Of a stretch of DNA of 25,688 nucleotides, positions 1 to 7,042 are shown in pieces; positions within the stretch are counted from its first letter, which is position 1; each line of letters starts with the position of its first letter. Under the pieces are notes generated by a model, which saw only the letters and a list, made by a program, of their open reading frames with translations, made no database searches and was not told the origin of the DNA. Both the position numbers and the translations under genes were made by a program. This DNA is from Pseudomonadota bacterium (GTDB taxonomy: Bacteria; Bdellovibrionota_B; Oligoflexia; Oligoflexales; CAIYRB01). The DNA lies in assembly GCA_031416315.1 (NCBI GenBank), contig JANOTL010000212.1, positions 1 to 25,688 of the forward strand, read 5' to 3'.

Positions 1-423
1 CGAATGCGCCCTTTCCCAGCTTTAACTCGGGAAGCGTCGGATCAGTGCCACGTTGTCAATGTCGATGCCCCTTTCGCGCAATATGCTTGCCATATTGTCA
101 GCATTTCCTGAGAGCATTCCGCATTGCGTGTGCTGGACGATTACGATTTCCTTGGTCCCGAAAAACTGACACGAAAGCATCGCCGAGCGCACTGCATCGT
201 CGGTGACTATGCCCCCCGCATTTCGAAAGCAGTGAGCATCGCCACCACCGGCTGGTGAGTCGACCCGAATGCCGAGCGCTTCATCAACCGGCAGGCGCTC
301 ATCCATGCAAGCAAGTACCCACAGGCCTTTGTTGTTGTGACCATCTGGCCCATAGCGACGGCGCTTTGCCCAAAAGTCGTACGCAGCGACACGTGCACCG
401 AGCTGCTCCTTAAGACTCGTCAT
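1..423 (-). CDS. CS2 hydrolase-like beta-carbonic anhydrase; 1-nt frameshift near 43-45; 3' end beyond window edge
   Basis: Zn-ligand motifs CMDER and HTQC, plus RNAGGIVTDDA. NNKGLWVLACMDERLP and CQFFGTKEIV match my recollection of Acidianus/Acidithiobacillus CS2 hydrolases. GAGG RBS precedes the ATG at 423. After ...IDNVAL the expected continuation DPTLPELKLGKGAF is in a different frame. Confidence 0.8.
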
Positions 424-547
424 CCGATACCTCATCACATTTCTTTGCATTGTCCAAAGGGGTGTTCAAACCATGCGTTCGCCGCTGTCAACACCGCATG
501 TCTGAATTCATTTCCATCCTTTCTGTATTCGTTTAGTCTGCCGAGCT

Positions 548-565
548 GGCATTTCGGCAAATGCC
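548..565. promoter_or_regulatory. 7-4-7 inverted repeat GGCATTT-cggc-AAATGCC, possible operator or enhancer upstream of the CS2 hydrolase
   Basis: Perfect 7-bp arms in the intergenic region, about 125 nt upstream of the start codon. Confidence 0.3.
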
Positions 566-921
566 GTACATTTCGTTCAGAGACTGGAACCTGGTCCATG
601 GGCTCGATGGGAGTCTCTGTGCAAGTCATGATCCATCCGCTAAGTCTCGACTTGTTGCAGAGTCAGCCCCAGACACTCACTTTCCTTGGCATTCGCACTC
701 GGCGCCAGATGAGCCACGGCGCGCCACACCCTGCCCAACTCTCTTTGGTTCGCCGAGAAGCCCGGTCGGAAGTCGTTTTGAGTGCCGCAAAGCGCACATT
801 TGCAGAAAGCATACAAACATAGCAGCGGGCACCGTCTGCTGTTTTAGATTGAATCGTCGGCCTTTTTGTAGCGGCTTTCTGCTCAGCCAATCCTATAGGA
901 GGCCCGGCTCTTGAATGTCCA

Positions 922-1314
922 TTATAGGCTCTCTAGGGCCTGAGCGATCCGCGTATCCGCTTGTGTCGCCAGTTTTTCCAACGCTGCATCGCCCAGAATT
1001 TTCATCAGTGACGATGGCTTCGCCAGCTCGATCGACACCTCTCCGGGGCGGACCTCGCGCACGACCGCATTGCATGGCAAGAGGCTGGCCACATCGGAAT
1101 TGGCCGTGAAGGCTTCAAATGCGAGCGTCGGATTGCAGGCGCCGAGGATCACGAGCCGTGGCATGTCCTTGCCGATTTTTTCCTTGATCTTAGTGTGCAT
1201 GTCGATGCGAGTCAGGATACCAAAGCCTACAGTTTGGAGTGACTTCGTCACCCGGTCGATGGCCGTGTCGAAGTCGCAGGCGATCTCGCGCTTGAAGCTG
1301 ATGTCACTGTTCAT
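922..1314 (-). CDS. DUF302 domain protein
   Basis: GFGILTRID...ILGACNP...LLPCNAVV pattern; 130 aa; GAGG RBS. Confidence 0.88.
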   Translation of the reverse strand: MNSDISFKREIACDFDTAIDRVTKSLQTVGFGILTRIDMHTKIKEKIGKDMPRLVILGACNPTLAFEAFTANSDVASLLPCNAVVREVRPGEVSIELAKPSSLMKILGDAALEKLATQADTRIAQALESL

Positions 1315-1326
1315 GGGGAGATCCTC

Positions 1327-1776
1327 CTATTTTGGCTCGACTTGGACGGATGCGGCGATCGAGTTCGCAATGATGCAGTTTGCATGCGCCTTTTCGTGCA
1401 GCTGCTTCAGCTCTTCGGCGTTGGGCGCTTTGTCGCCTCCAAATGTAATTTGCGGCTGTAGCAGCATGCTCTGAATACACAGCTTACCTTTGGCGTTTTT
1501 TTCGAGCCTGGCGACAGCGGTGTCTTGGTAGGAGTCGACGACGATCTTCGAGTTCGCCGCGATCGCCAAGAACGTGAGCATATGACAGCTCGCAAGTGCC
1601 GCGAGCAGCATATCCTCGGGGTTCGCAAGCCCAGGCTTGCCGTTGAAGTCTGGCGCCGCGGAGGCCTGATAGGTGAAGCCACCCGAGAGCTTTATCGTAT
1701 GGGTACGGTCGTAAGTTTTAGGCAAAAAGTCGGGCGTTGCTCGGGCCCAGCTCAAGCTGGCCATGAATTCGGACAT
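1327..1776 (-). CDS. OsmC/Ohr-family peroxiredoxin-like protein
   Basis: NPEDMLLAALASCHMLTF and AHANCIIANS supply the two catalytic Cys; GGAGG RBS. Confidence 0.9.
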   Translation of the reverse strand: MSEFMASLSWARATPDFLPKTYDRTHTIKLSGGFTYQASAAPDFNGKPGLANPEDMLLAALASCHMLTFLAIAANSKIVVDSYQDTAVARLEKNAKGKLCIQSMLLQPQITFGGDKAPNAEELKQLHEKAHANCIIANSIAASVQVEPK

Positions 1777-1806
1777 CAGTGCCTCCGTAAACTTTTAGCT
1801 TGGTTA

Positions 1807-1822
1807 TGCACAAATCATTCCC
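1807..1822 (-). promoter_or_regulatory. Weak sigma-54 -24/-12 motif upstream of the OsmC-family gene
   Basis: GGGAATGATTTGTGCA gives GG-N10-GC, placed so that the RBS would be transcribed; poor -24 match. Confidence 0.3.
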
Positions 1823-1909
1823 GGCAATGCTAGTCGGTCTGTTTAGCGGCGGATGTGTCATCTCGCGCTTAGTGCGTGATTCCGTGCTCGCGAGCGCGAC
1901 GCCAGAGCG

Positions 1910-2348
1910 TTAGGCTTCGAGGATCCGACGCCTTTCGCTCGCGGCCAAGGTCTCGGTGCCGTGGGCGTGTGGAGGACTTTCGCCCCTCAGCTCGAGAGTA
2001 AGATCCGCCAAGCATAGGGTACGCCGTCACCAATCGCGCAGGCGTATTCGACGACGTTACGCTGCTCGCGCACGTTTTCGCGCCAATTGTGGGCCGTCAG
2101 CGCATCGCGCGCCCTCGCTTCCAGGGCCCTCCGACGTCATCAGCTCCGACGATAACGTGGCGCAGTTGACGGCGTTGAACGGGCCGCTTCAAGCGGCGGT
2201 TGATCGTGTGGATCGCGCGCGCCGCGAGCTCCTTGCCTGTCCCGGTCTCGCCGCGCATCAAGACTGAAGCCTCAGTGACGGCGACTTTCTTCAGCAGCGC
2301 GAAGAAGTCCTGCATCTTCGTCGAGACGGTGACCATGCCTTGAAATTG
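1910..2348 (-). pseudogene. Sigma-54-dependent (NtrC/Fis-type AAA+) activator, internally deleted and frameshifted
   Basis: Across several frames: QFQGMVTVS..MQ, Walker A GETGTGKELAARAIH, GPFNAVNCATLSSELMTSE, then directly ARDALTAHNWRENVREQRNVVEYA, then DLTLELR...TLAASERRRILEA-stop. GAFTGA, Walker B and the HTH are missing. Confidence 0.85.
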
Positions 2349-2509
2349 GGTCGGCTTTACATCGGGACGTTGATGAGTCTTCGTCGGTATCGGAGTCCTT
2401 GGCCCGTCATTGGCGTCATTGCATCATTCCGTGCCAGTAAAGCTGAGGAAGGAGGCGGCGTTTCAAGAGATAGATGCTGCGCCGCAGCTACCAAGTGAGT
2501 TGGTCTGAT

Positions 2510-3328
2510 TCACTTCAAAACCTCCGTGACTGTGATGGCGATGGCCACGACCACCAGGAACCATCCGAAGAACTTTCGAACGCGGATCTCCGAGAGCTGG
2601 CGAGCAATGCGAATGCCCACGAGGATTCCCGCCGCGGCTAGGCCTGTAAAGGCCAAAAGCATAGGCCATGCCACGGTCTTGCCGACCAGCAGGTCGGCCA
2701 GGAAGCCGAAGAGGCTGTTTGCGGCGATGACGAAGAGTGACGTCGCGACGGCGCGCTTCATGGGCAGACGCTCGACAAGCGCCAGCGCAGGGACCAAGAG
2801 AAAGCCACCTCCCGCCCCGACCAAGCCTGTCAGAATGCCGACCGCGAAACCGTGTGTGGCGGAACGTGCCATGCCGGCCGGTCTGCCTTTCTCTTGTTCA
2901 GGCAAGGCGTCGTAGGCTTTCTTCCGCCGCAACATCCCGTAGGCTGACATGGCCATGGCCACCACTAGCGCTGCAACGACGAGCGAGTCTTTGCGTAGTG
3001 AGAGCTCGAAAGGCAAGCCGATCAGATCTGGTATGCGCGGAACGACGACGTTTCTCACCAGGTGAATCGCGGCGAATGCCGGCAGCGCGAAGCGCAGAGC
3101 AGCCGGGTAGTCGATCAGCCGGTCTTTCGCGTACCGCGCGGCGCCGATAGCACTGGTCGTGCCGACGATGAAGAGTGAGTAGATCGTCGCGACGCCTGGG
3201 GCGAGGCCGAATCCGTAGACGAGGACCGGCAAGGTAAGGATCGCGCCACCGCCGCCGACGATGCCAAGAAGCGCTCCTATCGCTAGCGCTGCTGCATAGG
3301 GGGCGACGCCGAGAAGGTCCGCGCTCAA
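2510..3328 (-). CDS. TauE/SafE-family sulfite exporter
   Basis: Repeated GIVGGGGAILTLP / GLVGAGGGFLLVP motifs, AVATSLFVIA, about 8 TM segments; TTG start overlaps the upstream stop. Confidence 0.92.
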   Translation of the reverse strand: MSADLLGVAPYAAALAIGALLGIVGGGGAILTLPVLVYGFGLAPGVATIYSLFIVGTTSAIGAARYAKDRLIDYPAALRFALPAFAAIHLVRNVVVPRIPDLIGLPFELSLRKDSLVVAALVVAMAMSAYGMLRRKKAYDALPEQEKGRPAGMARSATHGFAVGILTGLVGAGGGFLLVPALALVERLPMKRAVATSLFVIAANSLFGFLADLLVGKTVAWPMLLAFTGLAAAGILVGIRIARQLSEIRVRKFFGWFLVVVAIAITVTEVLK

Positions 3329-3552
3329 GCGCTGCGCTTGCGGAGGACCGGAAAGCCCTCCGCGTCCCAGGCGATGCTGGCAAGGAAGCCGAGCTCTCCG
3401 CGTGACAATAGGCCCAGAGAGAGACTTGCGCCAATGACGGCGTGAAGTGTCGCGTACTTATCGGTTTCGCGTACGTCGATGACTGCCAGCCCGCCCGCTG
3501 ATTCTGTGCTCAGGTCATAAAGTTCCGATGGGGCGATTGTTTTGATGGTCAT
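3325..3552 (-). pseudogene. Rhodanese-domain protein lacking its catalytic loop (75 aa)
   Basis: AAGGAGG RBS. N-terminal IKTIAPSEL...VIDVRETDKYATLHA and C-terminal AWDAEGFPV rhodanese motifs are present, but there is no Cys and no CxxGxR loop between them. Confidence 0.65.
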
Positions 3553-3582
3553 GCTATGTCCTCCTTCAGCCGGTCGCTGCAT

Positions 3583-3598
3583 CCCAAGAGTCGTGCCA
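3583..3598 (-). promoter_or_regulatory. Sigma-54-like promoter for the rhodanese-TauE unit (variant -12 TTGG)
   Basis: TGGCACGACTCTTGGG: consensus -24 box, correct spacing, TTGG instead of TTGC. Confidence 0.5.
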
Positions 3599-3704
3599 TC
3601 GACAATTCTCCGCCGGTATCGGAGGCTTAAGTGAGGACGGAGTAGTTTGACGCAACACCGTCGACCCAATCTGAACGAACCGATGTCTTGGCTCGTCTGA
3701 CTGT

Positions 3705-3720
3705 TGGCCCGAATCTTGGA
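3705..3720 (+). promoter_or_regulatory. Sigma-54-like promoter for the YeeE/YedE-dioxygenase unit (variant -12 TTGG)
   Basis: TGGCCCGAATCTTGGA upstream of a GGAGG RBS. Confidence 0.45.
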
Positions 3721-3746
3721 TGGTTTCAGGGATTGGAGGTGACGCG

Positions 3747-4166
3747 ATGCAGCATCCTTGGTTGATGGGACTCTCCGGCGGCGCGCTCATTGGGGTCGCG
3801 AGTGCGCTGCTCCTAGTGACGCTCGGGCGCATTTTTGGCGTCAGCGGTATGGTCGGCGGCGTCGTAGCCCCCAAGAGGGGCGACGTCTTATGGCGTGTAG
3901 GCGTCCTGGCGGGCCTTCTGACCGGCGGGGCGATCCTCGCGGCACTCTTCGCATCGGCGTTCGATGCGCAGGCCGTTCGGTCCTTGAGCACGACCATCGT
4001 CGCCGGTCTGTTGGTCGGCTTTGGGACTCAGCTCGGCGGCGGTTGCACGAGTGGGCACGGTATCTGCGGCGTCAGCCGCCTTGCGCCCCGCTCATTGGCG
4101 GCAACTGCGATCTTTGTTGCGACGGGGATGGTCGCGGCAACACTTTTCCATAAACTGGGGCAATGA
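3747..4166 (+). CDS. YeeE/YedE-family sulfur-compound transporter subunit
   Basis: GRIFGVSG, GLLVGFGTQLGGGCTSGHGICGVSRL...RS; GGAGG RBS before the ATG at 3747. Confidence 0.9.
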   Translation: MQHPWLMGLSGGALIGVASALLLVTLGRIFGVSGMVGGVVAPKRGDVLWRVGVLAGLLTGGAILAALFASAFDAQAVRSLSTTIVAGLLVGFGTQLGGGCTSGHGICGVSRLAPRSLAATAIFVATGMVAATLFHKLGQ

Positions 4167-4648
4167 CGATGGCAAAGGTTGCATGGGCTTATTTGTCGGG
4201 ATTGATCTTCGCGCTGGGGCTCGGGCTCTCCGGAATGACCAGACCTTCGAAGGTGATCGGGTTTCTCGATCTATCGGGTGCCTGGGATCCGTCGTTGCTG
4301 TTCGTAATGGGCGGCGCGATCGCCGTTTATGCCGTGGCGTTTCGCCTCGTGATGCGCCGGCGAGCTCCGGTCGCTGCTCCAACGTTCCAGGTGCCGCCGC
4401 GGCGCGCACCCGACCGCCGCTTGGCGATTGGCGCAGCTCTCTTTGGGCTCGGGTGGGGTCTAGGCGGTTATTGTCCCGGTCCAGGCCTGGTCGGGGCCGC
4501 TACGGGGAATGTTTCAGCGCTGACTTTCGTTGCGTCAATGGTGGCCGGGGTCTTTGCGTATTCGATCCTTCAGAAATGGCAAGCTCGGACCTCTTGGCGC
4601 TCGAACGCCAAAATTGATCCAATTGCGGAGGGTTCTCGTGCAGATTAA
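4163..4648 (+). CDS. YeeE/YedE partner subunit (DUF6691-like)
   Basis: SGMTRPSKVIGFLD..GAWDPSL and GWGLGGYCPGP; ATGA overlap with the upstream gene. Confidence 0.9.
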   Translation: MTMAKVAWAYLSGLIFALGLGLSGMTRPSKVIGFLDLSGAWDPSLLFVMGGAIAVYAVAFRLVMRRRAPVAAPTFQVPPRRAPDRRLAIGAALFGLGWGLGGYCPGPGLVGAATGNVSALTFVASMVAGVFAYSILQKWQARTSWRSNAKIDPIAEGSRAD

Positions 4649-5510
4649 AGCCTTCTTCGACAGCGCAACCTCGACTTTGACGTACGTCGTCTATGACGAA
4701 GCGACCCGAGATGCCGCGATCGTCGATCCGGTGCTCGACTTCGATCCCGCATCAGGCCGCATTTCGCGCGCATCGGTAGACGAGGTGATCGCATTTGTGC
4801 GCAGTGCCGGCCTTAACATTCATCTGATACTCGAGACGCACGCACACGCGGACCATCTATCCTCGTCGCAGGTTCTAAAGCGCGAGTTCCCAAAGGCAAA
4901 ACTGGCTATCGGCGACAACATAAGGATGGTTCAGGCCATGTTTAAGCCGCGGTACGCGCTGCCCGATGCATTCCCGACCGATGGCTCGCAGTTCGACCAG
5001 CTCCTCCACGACGGGGAGCGCGTCGAGGTGGAATCGCTCGCTTTCAACGTCCTATTTACTCCCGGTCACACCCAGGCGTGTTCGGCGTATGACTTTGACG
5101 GCCACGTGTTCACTGGCGACGCGCTGTTCATGCCCGACTACGGAACGGGCCGAACAGACTTTCCGGGCGGAAGCGCGGCTGATTTGTTCGCGTCGATCAA
5201 GGAGCGCCTCTATACATTGCCCGATGCGACAAAAGTCTTTACCGGCCACGACTACCAACCAGGCGGGCGACCCCTGCGTTACGAGTCGACGATCGGCGAG
5301 GAAAAACGTTCAAACATCCAGCTGAGCGTAGCAACGACTCGCGAAGAGTTCGTGGAATTCAGGAATAGCCGCGACGCGACGTTAGCGGCTCCGCGGCTGC
5401 TCCACCCGAGCGTGCAGGTCAACATTGACGCGGGCTATCTGCCGGCAGACGAGGCTAATGGCGTCTCCTACGTGAAGATTCCGCTCTCGGGAGTGTTCTT
5501 GGGAAGGTGA
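4638..5510 (+). CDS. Persulfide (sulfur) dioxygenase, MBL fold, ETHE1/Blh/SdoA-like
   Basis: IVDPVLD, ETHAHADH, TPGHT, FTGDALFMPDYGTGRTDFPGG, GHDY, RDATLAAPRL..PSVQVNI; GGAGG RBS before the GTG at 4638. Confidence 0.92.
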   Translation: MQIKAFFDSATSTLTYVVYDEATRDAAIVDPVLDFDPASGRISRASVDEVIAFVRSAGLNIHLILETHAHADHLSSSQVLKREFPKAKLAIGDNIRMVQAMFKPRYALPDAFPTDGSQFDQLLHDGERVEVESLAFNVLFTPGHTQACSAYDFDGHVFTGDALFMPDYGTGRTDFPGGSAADLFASIKERLYTLPDATKVFTGHDYQPGGRPLRYESTIGEEKRSNIQLSVATTREEFVEFRNSRDATLAAPRLLHPSVQVNIDAGYLPADEANGVSYVKIPLSGVFLGR

Positions 5511-5755
5511 TGCCCTGTAGCCGCCTAAGTGCCAGGGTGATGGTTAGGTTTCCTCTAACTGCACGGCGCCGCTTTCGCGCTCGCCGAGCGGTGCTGCTCG
5601 GCTCAATTGAAGACTAAGCGTAAAGGCGAGATACGTGCTGCCCTGGTCGGCATCGTGTCAGCCGCCCACCGCAGCCGATCAACGTTCGCAATGATATGGT
5701 CAGCCGCTTGATGGTCATGCTGCTCACGGATGATCCGCAACTGAGGGCCAGGTCC

Positions 5756-5783
5756 TTCCGTACCTCACGCGTGAGGTACGGAA
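5756..5783. repeat. Perfect 28-bp palindrome TTCCGTACCTCACGCGTGAGGTACGGAA
   Basis: Two 14-bp arms that are exact reverse complements, with no spacer. Confidence 0.95.
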
Positions 5784-5858
5784 CCCAACAGGAGGTAAGG
5801 ACTCCGAAAAATTTGGACCCCAGGTGGACCGCGGACTGGCACCAATAATTTCCGCAGC

Positions 5859-6026
5859 CTCGTTACGAATCTACGGCGTCGCTGGGGAGACGACGGGGTT
5901 GTCGAGCTCACGGCACTCATCGCCTTTCAGAACCTGTCGAGCCGCTTCAACGCGGCACTTGCGATCGTGCCGCAGGGTCTGTGTCAACGCCCACCGCATT
6001 TGCTTCCTGCGCCGACATTGGGTTGA
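5859..6026 (+). pseudogene. 3' remnant of an AhpD/carboxymuconolactone-decarboxylase-family gene
   Basis: Frame reads LVTNLRRRWGDDGVVELTALIAFQNLSSRFNAALAIVPQGLC..., typical of this family's C-terminus; the N-terminal part is absent. Confidence 0.65.
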
Positions 6027-6050
6027 CAGCGGGAAAAACCGCCTTACGTT
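6023..6050 (+). promoter_or_regulatory. Possible sigma-70 promoter for the small GGCCG ORF
   Basis: TTGACA-N16-TACGTT, with a GCGG-N6-CCGC inverted repeat in the spacer. Confidence 0.4.
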
Positions 6051-6086
6051 TACTTGGTCGACGGTATCCAATCTTAGGAGAGTTGT

Positions 6087-6254
6087 ATGTTCCCTAATTG
6101 GAAGAGAGATGACGCGAAGGCGGCCGAGCCGAAAGTGGCTACGAAGCCCGATGCCGGCGGTTGTTGCGGCGGCAAGGCCAAGACCGAGTCCGCCAAGCCG
6201 GCGGCAGTGGAAACGCCACCCGCAGGGAAGAAGAAGGGTGGCTGCTGCGGTTGA
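6087..6254 (+). CDS. 55-aa Lys/Ala-rich peptide with two GGCCG motifs, putative metal-binding
   Basis: AGGAG RBS 6 nt before the ATG; MFPNWKRDDAKAAEPKVATKPDAGGCCGGKAKTESAKPAAVETPPAGKKKGGCCG*; below the ORF-track size cutoff. Confidence 0.75.
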   Translation: MFPNWKRDDAKAAEPKVATKPDAGGCCGGKAKTESAKPAAVETPPAGKKKGGCCG

Positions 6255-6265
6255 CGGCCAACCGC

Positions 6266-7042
6266 TCAATGGTGCTTGAAGAAACCGACGCCGATGATGT
6301 CGTTCCAACCGGTCGTGTTGTGGCACTCGAAGCACTGATCGACGTTCGCATGCTCCTTTCCGGCAATTTTCTGCGAGATCATCGAAAAATGTCCCATCGA
6401 GTGGCTGGGGGGCGCTTGGTGGCATTGCACGCACTCTTTCGTGCGCGATGTCGGGTGTTGGTAACCGGGAACGACCCAGGACGAGAGCGCGTGACACTGA
6501 GCGCAATCGCTGCCGAAGCGCTTTGAGTGCGGATCTCCGCGATCGTGACATCCTGCGCAGTTGAGAGCTTCGCGCGCGGAGCCATCGTCGAAATGCTCTG
6601 GGCTTTCGATCCTCAACCAGGTTTCTAACGAATCTAGCGTGGCTTTGTAATTCGCGTCCCCGCTCGAAGCGCGCTCTAGAGCTCTCGCGCCCACCTTAGC
6701 GAGTTCGATGTGATCCATCGTGAGCGGCCGTACGTTCGCGGATTGATGCTCGAGGTGACACGTCGAGCACTCTTCAACGCTTGCGTGGAACGCGGTTGGT
6801 TGCCGGCCGAGCAAGCGCTCTGCATTCGCGTGACATGGGATGCACTTGGTGACCGTAACTCCAACGGTCGGCTCGTGGCACGCAGTGCAGCGGTCGCTGA
6901 GATAGTCGTGGCGAGGTGACAATGCACCCGGGCTGAAAAACTGTTGCGCTGCCGAGGACGCAGCGGCGAAACGCAGGAGCGAAAACACCGCCGCCGCGGC
7001 CACCAAGAGAATGAGCGTGGTCCAGATTGCTAGCTTCCTCAT
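6266..7042 (-). CDS. Membrane-anchored or exported heptaheme cytochrome c
   Basis: Seven CXXCH motifs (CTACH, CIPCH, CSTCH, CAGCH, CAQCH, CVQCH, CFECH), extra His as candidate distal ligands, hydrophobic N-terminus; ATG at 7042 overlaps the upstream TGA. Confidence 0.9.
   Translation of the reverse strand: MRKLAIWTTLILLVAAAAVFSLLRFAAASSAAQQFFSPGALSPRHDYLSDRCTACHEPTVGVTVTKCIPCHANAERLLGRQPTAFHASVEECSTCHLEHQSANVRPLTMDHIELAKVGARALERASSGDANYKATLDSLETWLRIESPEHFDDGSAREALNCAGCHDRGDPHSKRFGSDCAQCHALSSWVVPGYQHPTSRTKECVQCHQAPPSHSMGHFSMISQKIAGKEHANVDQCFECHNTTGWNDIIGVGFFKHH

Noticed and set aside
337..914. ORFs between the hydrolase and DUF302
   Set aside because: No recognisable motifs or RBS; they overlap each other in conflicting frames.
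2420..2436. TGGCACGGAATGATGCA (-) as a sigma-54 promoter for the activator
   Set aside because: GG-to-GC spacing is 11, not the required 10; at best a decayed site.
5756..5783. Palindrome as a MerR operator (TCCGTAC...GTACGGA arms)
   Set aside because: The arms are 12 bp apart rather than 4, and there is no flanking -35/-10 with a 19-bp spacer.
5824..6551. ORFs 5824..6279 (+), 5871..6551 (-) and 6161..6526 (+)
   Set aside because: Arg-rich shadow frames overlapping the AhpD remnant, the GGCCG peptide and the cytochrome c.
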